This document shows, in pieces, positions 18,487-27,773 of a DNA stretch of 64,000 nucleotides. The stretch's first letter is position 1, and each line of letters begins with the position of its first letter. The notes under the pieces were generated by a model. The model saw only the letters and a list, made by a program, of their open reading frames with translations, made no database searches and was not told the DNA's origin. This stretch comes from Promethearchaeota archaeon (GTDB lineage Archaea; Asgardarchaeota; Lokiarchaeia; Sigyniarchaeales; SOKP01): contig JBHLLU010000004.1 in assembly GCA_048938895.1 (NCBI GenBank), positions 1,721-65,720 of the forward strand, written 5' to 3'. The position numbers and the translations under genes were made by a program.

Positions 18487-19005
18487 CTATTCTATTAACT
18501 CATTGATTTTGTTAATTACCTCTAATGGCGTTTTAACTCCATATATCATGTCATTTCTTCTATCATCTAATTTTTGATTTGCAATATTAGAAGACCAACC
18601 GGGAACACTAGATAAAGCGATTAATGGTTTATTATAAATCCATGCAAAACAGATCTCAGATAATGTTCCTGCCTTACCACTTATGGCTAAACATATATCT
18701 CCAGTAAGGACGACTACAATATTTCTTGCTTGAGAGAATGGACAAGGAACTATAATATCTACATATTTATTTGCTCTGCTTTTTTCAGTATAGGGAATTA
18801 TACCAATAGTTAAACCTCCTTTCTCTTTTACACCCTTACATATTGCCTCCATCACTCCTGAAAGCCCCCCACAAGCCACTGCGTAATTATTTAATGCTAA
18901 TAATCTCCCGATTTCTATTGTTTTTTCTTCTATTTTTTTATCAATATCACTTGCTCCAATTACAGAAACTATTGCCTTAATATCCTTTTTAAAATTGAAA
19001 TTCAT
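18487..19005 (-). CDS. TIGR00725/LOG-like Rossmann-fold protein
   Basis: VSVIGASD...EIGRLLALNNYAVACGGLSGVMEAICKGVKEKGGLTIGIIP is the pattern of the TIGR00725 (lysine-decarboxylase-like/LOG) family. Confidence 0.6.
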   Translation of the reverse strand: MNFNFKKDIKAIVSVIGASDIDKKIEEKTIEIGRLLALNNYAVACGGLSGVMEAICKGVKEKGGLTIGIIPYTEKSRANKYVDIIVPCPFSQARNIVVVLTGDICLAISGKAGTLSEICFAWIYNKPLIALSSVPGWSSNIANQKLDDRRNDMIYGVKTPLEVINKINELIE

Positions 19006-19039
19006 GATTATGGATCATATTTGGTTTATAATTCTACTT

Positions 19040-20053
19040 TTAAATGCTATATCCTCTCTTTATTGAAATATCAATCATGTCATTTAATATAGCTGATGCT
19101 GCCTCGAAACCACCAGCTCCTCTTCCCATTATTAGTAACGGGCCTGCATATTTTGTTTCTAATTCTACTGCATTCAAATTACCACTAATATTTAGCGAAG
19201 AATGTTTATCAATCAACCGGGGTTCGACAATAAGTTCGTCATTTTCTGCAATAGCGAGATGTTTAATAACGAAACCATCTGTATCTGCTAATTCAATAGC
19301 ATGTGAGGTTACTTTTGAGATGCCCTCCACTCGTACATCACTAATTTTTTTAGACCATCCTAATAATTCGTTTGCTAATATTACCAACTTTCCAGCAGCA
19401 TCGTAGCCTTCAATATCTAGGGTAGGATCTGTTTCGGCATATCCTAATTCCTGGGCTTCCTTTAAAGCTAATGAAAATTTAATCCCTTCTGAAGTCATTC
19501 TACTTAAAATGAAATTAGATGTGCCATTTAATATTGCTTTTATGCGAAGAATTTCATTTCCAACTAAGACTTCTTTGATCTTTAAAGCTGGAACACAACT
19601 TGCCACTGTCGCTTCAAACTTTATAAAACACTTGTTTTCCGCAGCTAACTTCATTATTTTTTCATATTCAAGATAAAATGGTCCTTTATTAGAGGAAACC
19701 ACATCAATATGACTATTTAAAGCTTGTGTAATATGTGTTAATCCTGGTTCCCCCGTGTTTGGGTTTGTAGGAGTTGTTTCTACGCAAATATTTATATCTA
19801 GCCTAGAAATTGAAGGGAGCAAGCTAACCTTATTTTCCCAATAAGGTAAATTTCTAAAATTTTCATTAGCATCAATGACTTCTTTTAAGTCAATTCCTGA
19901 TGGATTAATAAGAGCACCATCCTTTTCTAAAATTGAATTCACTATTAAATCTAAATTAAATTTTTGTTTCAAAAATTCTTTTTTTTCTAATAATAGTTGC
20001 AGTAGACTTGTCCCTACTAATCCTTTTCCAATTAGACAAACATTAACTTTCAT
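19040..20053 (-). CDS. hom: Homoserine dehydrogenase
   Basis: N-terminal Rossmann VCLIGKGLVGTS, LNGTSNFILSRM, EAQELGYAETDPTLDIEGYDAAGKLVILAN. Confidence 0.85.
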   Translation of the reverse strand: MKVNVCLIGKGLVGTSLLQLLLEKKEFLKQKFNLDLIVNSILEKDGALINPSGIDLKEVIDANENFRNLPYWENKVSLLPSISRLDINICVETTPTNPNTGEPGLTHITQALNSHIDVVSSNKGPFYLEYEKIMKLAAENKCFIKFEATVASCVPALKIKEVLVGNEILRIKAILNGTSNFILSRMTSEGIKFSLALKEAQELGYAETDPTLDIEGYDAAGKLVILANELLGWSKKISDVRVEGISKVTSHAIELADTDGFVIKHLAIAENDELIVEPRLIDKHSSLNISGNLNAVELETKYAGPLLIMGRGAGGFEAASAILNDMIDISIKRGYSI

Positions 20054-20152
20054 TTTTTCAATTACATTTAATTTAATTATAGTAAAATCTTATACAGAAA
20101 TATTGTCGGATGGATAGCATTCTACTGTTTTAATATGATTTTTACAATTTTT

Positions 20153-20644
20153 CTAACTAGTTATTAATAATAGGTTTTTTTCTTCACAAATGTTCCTAAG
20201 CTCCTTAATGAGCTCGCTTTTATTCATTTCTTCAGGGAATTCAATTTTTAATTTAACATTACTAACTTCTTCTAAATCTGTAAATTTGGCTTGTAATTCT
20301 AATACATTGATATCTCTAGATGCTAACCTTTTAATAGTATCCATAACATCAGTATCAAAAACATGCCCTGTTAAAAGAACGGTTATTAATTTCTTTTCAA
20401 TACCATAGGTTATTTTCTCAATTTGAATATTTCTTTCTTTTAATTCCTTTTTGATTTTGTTTAAACTCACTTCTCGAATTGATTCACTTAACTCGAAGGA
20501 TATATTAACAGGGATCATATTATATATTTTCCTATCATGAAAATGGAGTATGCCATATATATTTCCACCATTTTTTGAAATAGGTTTTATTAGTTCAATT
20601 AAACTTCCAGGAGTGTCAGGGATTTTCACTTCTAGATTTATCAT
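20153..20644 (-). CDS. ACT-domain (amino-acid-binding) protein upstream of hom
   Basis: Two beta-alpha-beta-beta-alpha-beta-like halves, starting MINLEVKIPDTPGSLIELIKPIS. The position directly upstream of hom is typical for archaeal ACT regulators. Confidence 0.55.
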   Translation of the reverse strand: MINLEVKIPDTPGSLIELIKPISKNGGNIYGILHFHDRKIYNMIPVNISFELSESIREVSLNKIKKELKERNIQIEKITYGIEKKLITVLLTGHVFDTDVMDTIKRLASRDINVLELQAKFTDLEEVSNVKLKIEFPEEMNKSELIKELRNICEEKNLLLITS

Positions 20645-20749
20645 AATATTAAATTCTGTCTCTAATTTCTTTTTTTTTTAAGGTATTGCTATATCGTATT
20701 AAGAATCTAAGGATCTCGCATTTAACTATGAAAGTCATCCATTAAAACA

Positions 20750-21715
20750 TTAAAATCTGAGAACTTCAATTGACTTTTCTGTACCATTATTTATTCTCAA
20801 AAGATTTGGATCTTTAATAATATTACCAATGATTTGAGCATTTAATCCATATTCTTGAAATATTACAGTAATCTCTTTATATTTTTTTTTAGATGCGGTA
20901 AGTAAAAAAGAGGTAGTTAAATACATTTTTATATACATTTCTAAATCATATCCTTTATCAATTAAATTTGGGGGTATTTTGATATTGGATATATTCACAT
21001 CTGCGCCAATCCTCGAATAACTAATCAATTGAAGTAGCGTTCCAAAAATCCCTCCATTAGATATATCTTTTGATGCATTAACAATATGTTTAGATGCGAT
21101 AATATTCATTGATCTTCTTTTCCTTAATACTTCTTCAGAAGATTTGTGCATTGTGGTGTCATAAAAGAATTTACTAGCTTTTCCAACTCTTCCATCAAAA
21201 TCTACGACTAATATAATCTTGTCTCCTACTTGAGCATTTCCTGCTGAAATGTAATCTTGTTTATTGATTTCTCCTACCATTGTAGAACTCAATTCGTAAC
21301 ATTTTCCCTGAATATTTGTGTGCCCTCTTATGATGGGTACTTTAAATTTTTCTGAGGCATCGCATATCCCTTTTAAGATTTCTTCATAGATATTAGGATC
21401 TTTAAGAGAAATTATGATACTTGCTGCGAGAGGTGTTCCCCCACAAGCATAGATGTCATCAACACTAACTAAAATTGATGAATAACCCGCTCCATGAGGG
21501 AAATTTTCGATAAATGATGTTTTTATTCTATCTGTAGTGACTAATATATATTTATCTTTATCTTCTATTGCGGCAGAGTCTTCCCCAATATCCTTGATTA
21601 TTCTTTTGCTTTTGTAAGATTGCTTATTAATAAATTGAACTATAGGATTTATTTTTCTTTTTTCAAGAATATATTCATTGTTCCTTATGCTGTTGGCTAT
21701 TTTTTCAAGACTCAT
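20750..21715 (-). CDS. AIR synthase-related (PurM/ThiL/HypE superfamily) protein
   Basis: DIGEDSAAIE, VSVDDIYACGGTPLA, KDISNGGIFGTLLQL. Confidence 0.6.
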   Translation of the reverse strand: MSLEKIANSIRNNEYILEKRKINPIVQFINKQSYKSKRIIKDIGEDSAAIEDKDKYILVTTDRIKTSFIENFPHGAGYSSILVSVDDIYACGGTPLAASIIISLKDPNIYEEILKGICDASEKFKVPIIRGHTNIQGKCYELSSTMVGEINKQDYISAGNAQVGDKIILVVDFDGRVGKASKFFYDTTMHKSSEEVLRKRRSMNIIASKHIVNASKDISNGGIFGTLLQLISYSRIGADVNISNIKIPPNLIDKGYDLEMYIKMYLTTSFLLTASKKKYKEITVIFQEYGLNAQIIGNIIKDPNLLRINNGTEKSIEVLRF

Positions 21716-21760
21716 CTATTAATTTAATATAAAGTTATTAATAATTAAAGTTGCTTAATT

Positions 21761-23272
21761 ATGATTATGGAAGAATTATTTAAATCTTCGATTATTAGAG
21801 GTTTAATTTTTAGTTCTTATGGTGATCTAGGGCCACAACCCATTTATGCATGGCCAAAATATTATACAGATAAGGAATTAGAAACTGTAAGAGAAAAAAG
21901 AGAAAAACAAAATCTTCTTACTCTATCAACTAGAGACGTGACACAAATTTCGATTAAAAATCTTAGTTTATTTATAAGTGATAGAGCTTTCATCCCTGAT
22001 ATAGACATTCAAAAACTTCAATATTTTGCAATCCTGCCTTATCCTGATTTTAATGTCACCTCTTTAACTTATTTTCACTATATTAGTACGAATTCTTCCA
22101 ATTCTCAGGTACCAACAGCTTTTTCAGTATTAGTTAATGAAAACAGTAGAAGCTTCTTGTATAATAATATAAATAGAATTAAACCGATTATAATCGCTTT
22201 TTTTGAATCTTTTGATAAAGAACTCGTTGATGATTTTCCGGCTCAAGAGAGAATTTCACCGTTGTTTCACAATTTATTAAAAAATTTGATTGAGATCGAA
22301 AAAAATCCCTCAACACCAATTACAACTCACCGAAAGATGAAAATTTTATTTGCCGGGCTTGATGATAGTGGAAAAACTAGTTTTTTACTTTCGGTTGATC
22401 GAAAATTTAGTAAACTTATTGGATTAAAACCTACTACAGGAGCGAGTATTAAATCAATAGAAGCTTTGGGTGCTACAATCTTTCTTTGGGATTTAGGAGG
22501 GCAGTTAGCTTTTAGGAAGAAATACATCAGTAAAGCAGAAATTTATCTATATGAAGCTGATTTACTATTTTACTTTATTGATATTAGAAATAAAGTTAGA
22601 TTTGAGGAAAGTATTGAATATCTTCTGAATTTAAAAAATATTTTACAGCAATTTAATCAAAGTACCCCAATCATCTATATCTTATCAAAAGGGGATCCAG
22701 ATATTATTAATACAGGAGATATTATCGAAAACATTGAAAAAGTCAAGCTCAAGCTAAATGAAGTTTCTTCTGATGAACCTCTTGAAATTTATGTAACAAG
22801 TATTTTCCAAGTATTTACTATCCTTAGAGCTTTCTCATCTGGAATCTCAAAATTAAGCCCTAATAGAAATTTGATTAATCATAATCTTAAAAATTTTTCT
22901 ATAAAGACTAACACATACTTAACACTATTATTAAGCGCAGATGGATTAGTTCTCGCTGATTTTTATTCACCAAAAGCAAAAAAACTTACAAAAATACCCA
23001 ATTCCGAAGAGATTGTCAATATATTTGAAGTGACCGCTCCTCAATTTACGATGTTGTTTAAGATTTTTTCCAGATTTAAAGCTTTAAAGGAAGAAGAAGC
23101 TGTTTTTAAAGTTGCAGATTCAGTTATACTATTTAGAAAAGTAAAAATAGCAGATAATGATATGTTCATCTTATTTTTGCTTGATAATGAAAAAAAAAAA
23201 GAGAAAATAAATGTAATGTTATTAGAATTTCTAGATCAAACTCAAGATCTATTATTAAGATATATAGCTTAA
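21761..23272 (+). CDS. Arf/Rag-like small GTPase with N-terminal longin-like domain and C-terminal roadblock-like domain (paralogue of 10363..11829)
   Basis: G1 FAGLDDSGKTSFL, PTTGAS, G3 LWDLGGQLAFR, G4-like LSKGDP. N-domain: IIRGLIFSSYGDLGPQPIYAWP...YFAILPYPDFNVTSLTYFH. C-terminus: TYLTLLLSADGLVLADFYSPK. An A11 run at 23190..23200 sits in the CDS. Confidence 0.7.
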   Translation: MIMEELFKSSIIRGLIFSSYGDLGPQPIYAWPKYYTDKELETVREKREKQNLLTLSTRDVTQISIKNLSLFISDRAFIPDIDIQKLQYFAILPYPDFNVTSLTYFHYISTNSSNSQVPTAFSVLVNENSRSFLYNNINRIKPIIIAFFESFDKELVDDFPAQERISPLFHNLLKNLIEIEKNPSTPITTHRKMKILFAGLDDSGKTSFLLSVDRKFSKLIGLKPTTGASIKSIEALGATIFLWDLGGQLAFRKKYISKAEIYLYEADLLFYFIDIRNKVRFEESIEYLLNLKNILQQFNQSTPIIYILSKGDPDIINTGDIIENIEKVKLKLNEVSSDEPLEIYVTSIFQVFTILRAFSSGISKLSPNRNLINHNLKNFSIKTNTYLTLLLSADGLVLADFYSPKAKKLTKIPNSEEIVNIFEVTAPQFTMLFKIFSRFKALKEEEAVFKVADSVILFRKVKIADNDMFILFLLDNEKKKEKINVMLLEFLDQTQDLLLRYIA

Positions 23273-23290
23273 AGATTTATTTTTAAACCT

Positions 23291-24193
23291 CTAGAAAATC
23301 ACATTTAATGGCGTTTTTTCTGATATTTTTTTACGTAAAATTCTTTTCCGATAGTATGAATTTATTCCAGAAATTAATGAAAGAGCAGGAATAACACAGT
23401 TTGCGAATTTAACGGGTCCAAATAATATAAAATCACTAGGAGCACACGCACAATAAGTCATAATTGAGGCTATAGCCCCACATCTTGGAGCTTCCCCATA
23501 CTTCTTTATATAATTCCATCCATAGATTGCGTTTGCGGGAGCAAATCCCGTAGGTAATCCTAATTCTCTTTTAACCAGTTGAGAAGTTTCAAAGTTAATT
23601 GGTATTGATGGTAAATCTAAGACTGCAGTATCAACAATTATATTTTCAATATTTGCCTTTTTTGCTTTAGGAATTAATGTCTCTTTTAGCAATTTCAGTT
23701 TTTGATGAGGAAAAATATATCTACTACCAAAAGTTAGTAGAACAGCATTTTTAACACCAATTTCCAACAATTTTTCAAGATTTTCCTCATTAGTAGCTTC
23801 ATCAATGCTATTCAATATAGCTCGATCAATTAAACCAATTTCCTTTAAACTTTGCATTGCTGGGATGCGTGATGTGTCGTTTAACCCGTCAACTAGGAAA
23901 GGATAGTCAACTAGATCAGCTACAAACTCGCATTCTTTTATTAAAGCCTCAGGATATGCCCCAACTACATCTACTATTCCCTGCATATTAGCTTCTTCTA
24001 TAAGTTCAGTATAATTATTAAGCTCTTTTTCTACTAAGGCTTTATCAATCTCACCAGTTTTCTCATCTATCAATGCTGCGTGATTAGTGTAAAAAACAGT
24101 TCCAATCATCACAATTGGATTTTCACCTGGTTGTCCACCTAATTTAACATTTCCGATATGAGATATTTTTTGTTCAGTTTCAAAACTAAGCAT
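23291..24193 (-). CDS. MtrH-like (tetrahydromethanopterin S-methyltransferase subunit H family) methyltransferase
   Basis: The N-terminus FETEQKISHIGNVKLGGQPGENPIVMIGTVFY closely parallels the MtrH family N-terminus as I recall it. The ~300-aa length fits. Confidence 0.55.
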   Translation of the reverse strand: MLSFETEQKISHIGNVKLGGQPGENPIVMIGTVFYTNHAALIDEKTGEIDKALVEKELNNYTELIEEANMQGIVDVVGAYPEALIKECEFVADLVDYPFLVDGLNDTSRIPAMQSLKEIGLIDRAILNSIDEATNEENLEKLLEIGVKNAVLLTFGSRYIFPHQKLKLLKETLIPKAKKANIENIIVDTAVLDLPSIPINFETSQLVKRELGLPTGFAPANAIYGWNYIKKYGEAPRCGAIASIMTYCACAPSDFILFGPVKFANCVIPALSLISGINSYYRKRILRKKISEKTPLNVIF

Positions 24194-24258
24194 GATTTTA
24201 TTCTTATAATTTTTCTTAAGTACTTTTTATCTATGATAATTTATCTATTTTGGCAAAT

Positions 24259-25140
24259 TTAGGTCTTATCTTCTTTAAAAGGGTTTTCTTGCATCAGTAG
24301 TTCAATAAAATTAGAAACTTTTTCATCAGGTATAATCAGGTAATCTGCTTCTATTGTGTAACCATATCTCTCTGACCAGAGAACTATATCACGTATGTAA
24401 GATTTTTTATCCATTCTTAGGATTTTTCTCATTGTATTTAATTTAACTTTACTTGTCTCTTTTACAGTTTTCTTAACTTTTTCCTTTCTTTTTTGTTTTA
24501 TTGGCTCACTTATTAAAGTACCTACATAAATTATACTTATTATGAATTCGGGAATCCATTTATGCATTAAAAGAACAATTATTGCTGCAATAAACGAGCT
24601 TGCAGCACTTATTGAAAAATGTATATCTCGCCATGCATAACCAATATTGTATAGCTCAATTTGTATTAGCATTCTGATTATATTGACAATATAAAATATG
24701 ACTGATGAAATTATCAAAGCCTTGGTTTTCCTCCAGACAATATCTCTCTTTGTATCTCTATCCTGGCTATGTGGAGTAAAGATAATAACACCTGCGAATA
24801 CGCATATCGCTTGAATCCCAGTACAAAACGTTTCGAAGGATATACTTGATTTACCAGGGATCTCGAAGTGCCAATAATATCTTCCTAATTGGGTATAAAT
24901 GGCCTTCGCATCCATATTAAAAAAAAGATTAAGGAAATAAACAGTCTGCTTTACGACTAGCTCGTGCAACCAGTAGTTAATCTTGAGATCAAAGAATAGA
25001 TAAATCAGATAAGCTGAAACTGGAGCACCTATTGCAAACAAAATTAAAGATCTAATTGAGAAAATATATTTTTTACCGTTATATTCTATGATTGGTTTTT
25101 TAATTAGCCCTAAGATTTCTTTAATTCTCCATCTCAACAT
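24259..25140 (-). CDS. Exosortase/archaeosortase-family membrane protein with ~90-aa basic cytoplasmic tail
   Basis: Multi-TM protein. ETFCTGIQAICVFAG is a candidate catalytic Cys motif, IVNIIRMLIQ a conserved Arg context, and there is a later His in a TM segment. The tail is KQKRKEKVKKTVKE... Confidence 0.5.
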   Translation of the reverse strand: MLRWRIKEILGLIKKPIIEYNGKKYIFSIRSLILFAIGAPVSAYLIYLFFDLKINYWLHELVVKQTVYFLNLFFNMDAKAIYTQLGRYYWHFEIPGKSSISFETFCTGIQAICVFAGVIIFTPHSQDRDTKRDIVWRKTKALIISSVIFYIVNIIRMLIQIELYNIGYAWRDIHFSISAASSFIAAIIVLLMHKWIPEFIISIIYVGTLISEPIKQKRKEKVKKTVKETSKVKLNTMRKILRMDKKSYIRDIVLWSERYGYTIEADYLIIPDEKVSNFIELLMQENPFKEDKT

Positions 25141-25369
25141 CAGTCTTTTCCTCTTTTTTATTTTCTTTTCTTAAATAGAAATGAAATCTATCCAGTATTA
25201 TGTAATTTAGAATAATTAATAATGGAATCATGACAAATCCAAACAAGTTCCTGTTCGGAGTTTCTAATTGTGGAATGCTTAAGCCAATAATATAGGAAAA
25301 TAGTAAATTTATCGTCAGTAAAATCCATATATATATTTTCTTTCGATTGATTTGTTCCATGGCATTCAA
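25121..25369 (-). CDS. Small two-TM membrane protein overlapping the archaeosortase-like gene by 20 nt
   Basis: 82 aa with two hydrophobic helices (IWILLTINLLFSYIIGLSI; FGFVMIPLLIILNYIIL). Its stop lies inside the start region of 24259..25140. Confidence 0.4.
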   Translation of the reverse strand: MNAMEQINRKKIYIWILLTINLLFSYIIGLSIPQLETPNRNLFGFVMIPLLIILNYIILDRFHFYLRKENKKEEKTDVEMEN

Positions 25370-25604
25370 GACCTTATATGCAATATAAAAATAACAAATT
25401 AACCATAAATAAAAAACATTTATTACTGTGTGAAAATGTTGTTTCTATTTATTTTTATGTCTTATCTAAATTCAGTAAAACATTCAGAATCTATTGAACA
25501 TTCACATTTTTGATAGCCAAAGCGCGAAATAGTATAATTAAATAGAATGCTACCTTATTATGTTAATAAGGTTTTAAGGCTATTCGATACTTTGGAGTCC
25601 AATA

Positions 25605-26201
25605 ATGGTTTTGGATCTTAAAAAAAGAGAAAATAAAAGTAGTTTAACATACACCATTCAAAATATCGTTGTTAAAACTTCTTTAAATACCAAAGAAGGA
25701 TTAGATTTAGCGTTATTATCTGAAAAATTAGAAAACTCGAATTATGATAAAGAACGTTTTCCTGGACTTTTTACTAGGTTTAAAAACCCTAAAAGTGCAT
25801 TTATAATCTTTAAAAATGGGAATCTTATATTAACTGGTTTAAAATCTTTCTTAGATATTGAACCAATAATCATGAGACTAATTACAAGTCTAAATCAAAT
25901 AATCCCAACCAAAATTGCAAAAGAATATGTTGAAACACAGGTAGTCAACATAGTGGTAACCGCAGATTTTGGTAAAAAAATTAATTTAGACAGTGCATCT
26001 CTCAAATTAATAAATTCGATTTATGAACCAGAAGTTTTTCCAGGGTTAACCTATAATATTTCCACTCCTGTAAAATCAGTATTTTTAATATTTAGTACGG
26101 GAAAAGTAGTTTTAACAGGAATTAATCAAGAAAAATATATTGAACCTATTTTAGCCGATCTTGGAAGATTATTAAAAAAAAAGATGTTATTTAAGAATTA
26201 A
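25605..26201 (+). CDS. tbp: TATA-box binding protein
   Basis: Two direct TBP repeats: IQNIVVKTSLN...YDKERFPGLFTRFKNPKSAFIIFKNGNLILTGLKS and VVNIVVTADFG...YEPEVFPGLTYNISTPVKSVFLIFSTGKVVLTG. Confidence 0.9.
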   Translation: MVLDLKKRENKSSLTYTIQNIVVKTSLNTKEGLDLALLSEKLENSNYDKERFPGLFTRFKNPKSAFIIFKNGNLILTGLKSFLDIEPIIMRLITSLNQIIPTKIAKEYVETQVVNIVVTADFGKKINLDSASLKLINSIYEPEVFPGLTYNISTPVKSVFLIFSTGKVVLTGINQEKYIEPILADLGRLLKKKMLFKN

Positions 26202-26311
26202 TGCAATTATATTTTTGATATCGTAATCATTATTAAAAATAAAATTTTTTTTCAAAGGAATATAGTATAATTTGATAAATCAAGATAAATAACTTTTTGG
26301 GGAAGAAGAAA

Positions 26312-27064
26312 ATGTCAGAAAATAACCAAGAAAATAATGAATCAAAAACAGAAGAAAGTGTTGAAAAAGAGGAACCAGAAGCAAAAGAATCCGAAGAAAT
26401 AGAAAAAGAAGTTAAAACCAAATTTACGTTCAAATGTACTCGTTGTGACGATTGTTGTTTAGGTAGAGGTCCCATCCCAATCACCTTTTGGGATTTAGAA
26501 TTATGGGCAAGAAATGGTGTAGTCGCTAATTTCATGCCATATCTCGATATTTATCAAAAACCTGACGGTACAGCAGACCTTATATTAAAACCTTTAGCAC
26601 CACCTAAAGAATCAGAAGCAGATAATGCTCCTCAAGACCCTTTTGAAACCACACCTATTGATGAATTACTTGAAGCTAAGTGTCCTTTATATAATAAGGA
26701 GGATAAAAAATGTCTTATTTATGACAATCGTCCCTTAAGCTGTAGAACTTATCCATTAGAATTCGATGGAAAAAACTTTATTGTTGTTGATGCTGACTGT
26801 CCTGGGATTGGTGAAGAGGGAATGACAAAAGAGGATCTAGTTGAAATGAGGGAAACTGCCAAAACTATGCACTATGAATTAACACGTATGAGAATAGCAC
26901 TTCCTGTCCTCAATCAAATAATCTCGAGTAATTTCATGAAGATGTTGATGAAACAACAAATGGAAGCTATGAGTAAAATGTCTGATGAGGATAAGGAGAA
27001 GTTGGATGAGATTTTTAAGAAACAAGAACAAGATCTCGATCATGAACATAATCATGATCAATAA
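26312..27064 (+). CDS. YkgJ/UPF0153-family CxxCxxCC protein with acidic N-terminus and His-rich C-terminus
   Basis: FKCTRCDDCC, KKCLIYDNRPLSCRTYPL. The N-terminal 40 aa are E/K-rich and the C-terminus is DLDHEHNHDQ. I prefer the ATG at 26312 over the TTG at 26297. Confidence 0.6.
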   Translation: MSENNQENNESKTEESVEKEEPEAKESEEIEKEVKTKFTFKCTRCDDCCLGRGPIPITFWDLELWARNGVVANFMPYLDIYQKPDGTADLILKPLAPPKESEADNAPQDPFETTPIDELLEAKCPLYNKEDKKCLIYDNRPLSCRTYPLEFDGKNFIVVDADCPGIGEEGMTKEDLVEMRETAKTMHYELTRMRIALPVLNQIISSNFMKMLMKQQMEAMSKMSDEDKEKLDEIFKKQEQDLDHEHNHDQ

Positions 27065-27142
27065 ATCATTTTCTTTTTATCAAATTTTTATTATCTAATA
27101 TTTCCTATATTATATTTGAATTAATAGATTAGATGTATTAAT

Positions 27143-27661
27143 ATGAAAGAAATAGAAATAAAAAATTCTAAAATCAAGCTTGTTCAAGGGGATATAACAG
27201 AGTTAGCAACAGATGCTATAGTGAATGCTGCAAATGCACAACTTATTCTAGGAGGAGGTGTAGCAGGAGCAATAAGAAGAAAAGGGGGTCCAAGAATTCA
27301 AGAGGAATGTAGTAAAATTGGTGGAACCTTTGTAGGAGGGGCTGTTATCACAACTGGAGGTAATTTAAAAGCTACACATGTAATTCACGCAGTAGGTCCC
27401 CGAATGGGAGAAGGAAATGAGGATAAAAAATTAGAAAATGCCACTTTTAATAGTTTAAAATTAATGGATGAAAAAAAGTTAAAGAGTATTGCATTTCCTG
27501 CCATCTCAACAGGTATATTTGGGTATCCGATTGAAAGATGTGCAAAAATCATGATTCATACTGCGAAAGAATATCTAAAGGGTGAAACTCAGATTCAAGA
27601 GGTTGTTTTTTGTCTTTACACTACTTCTGATTTTGATGTCTTCTTCAAAGAGTTAAAATAA
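27143..27661 (+). CDS. Macro domain protein (ADP-ribose/O-acetyl-ADP-ribose hydrolase-like)
   Basis: IKLVQGDITELATDAIVNAANAQLILGGGVAGAIRRKGG, IHAVGP, IAFPAISTGIFGYP. Confidence 0.85.
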   Translation: MKEIEIKNSKIKLVQGDITELATDAIVNAANAQLILGGGVAGAIRRKGGPRIQEECSKIGGTFVGGAVITTGGNLKATHVIHAVGPRMGEGNEDKKLENATFNSLKLMDEKKLKSIAFPAISTGIFGYPIERCAKIMIHTAKEYLKGETQIQEVVFCLYTTSDFDVFFKELK

Positions 27662-27773
27662 TTTATTTTTGATGTTACTTTTTTTATTAACGTTTAATTT
27701 ATATTTAGAAGAATCATAAATATTGAGGAGAAAAACTAACCCCCAATTTAAGACCGAGGGAGTTTTCCTTGAA

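Noticed and set aside
24259-25369. Calling the 82-aa ORF plus the archaeosortase-like ORF a single frameshifted pseudogene
   Set aside because: Both ORF ends at the overlap are hydrophilic and plausible as natural termini, and 20-nt overlaps occur in compact operons. Without orthologue comparison the split-gene idea is unsupported, so I kept it only as a low-interest note.
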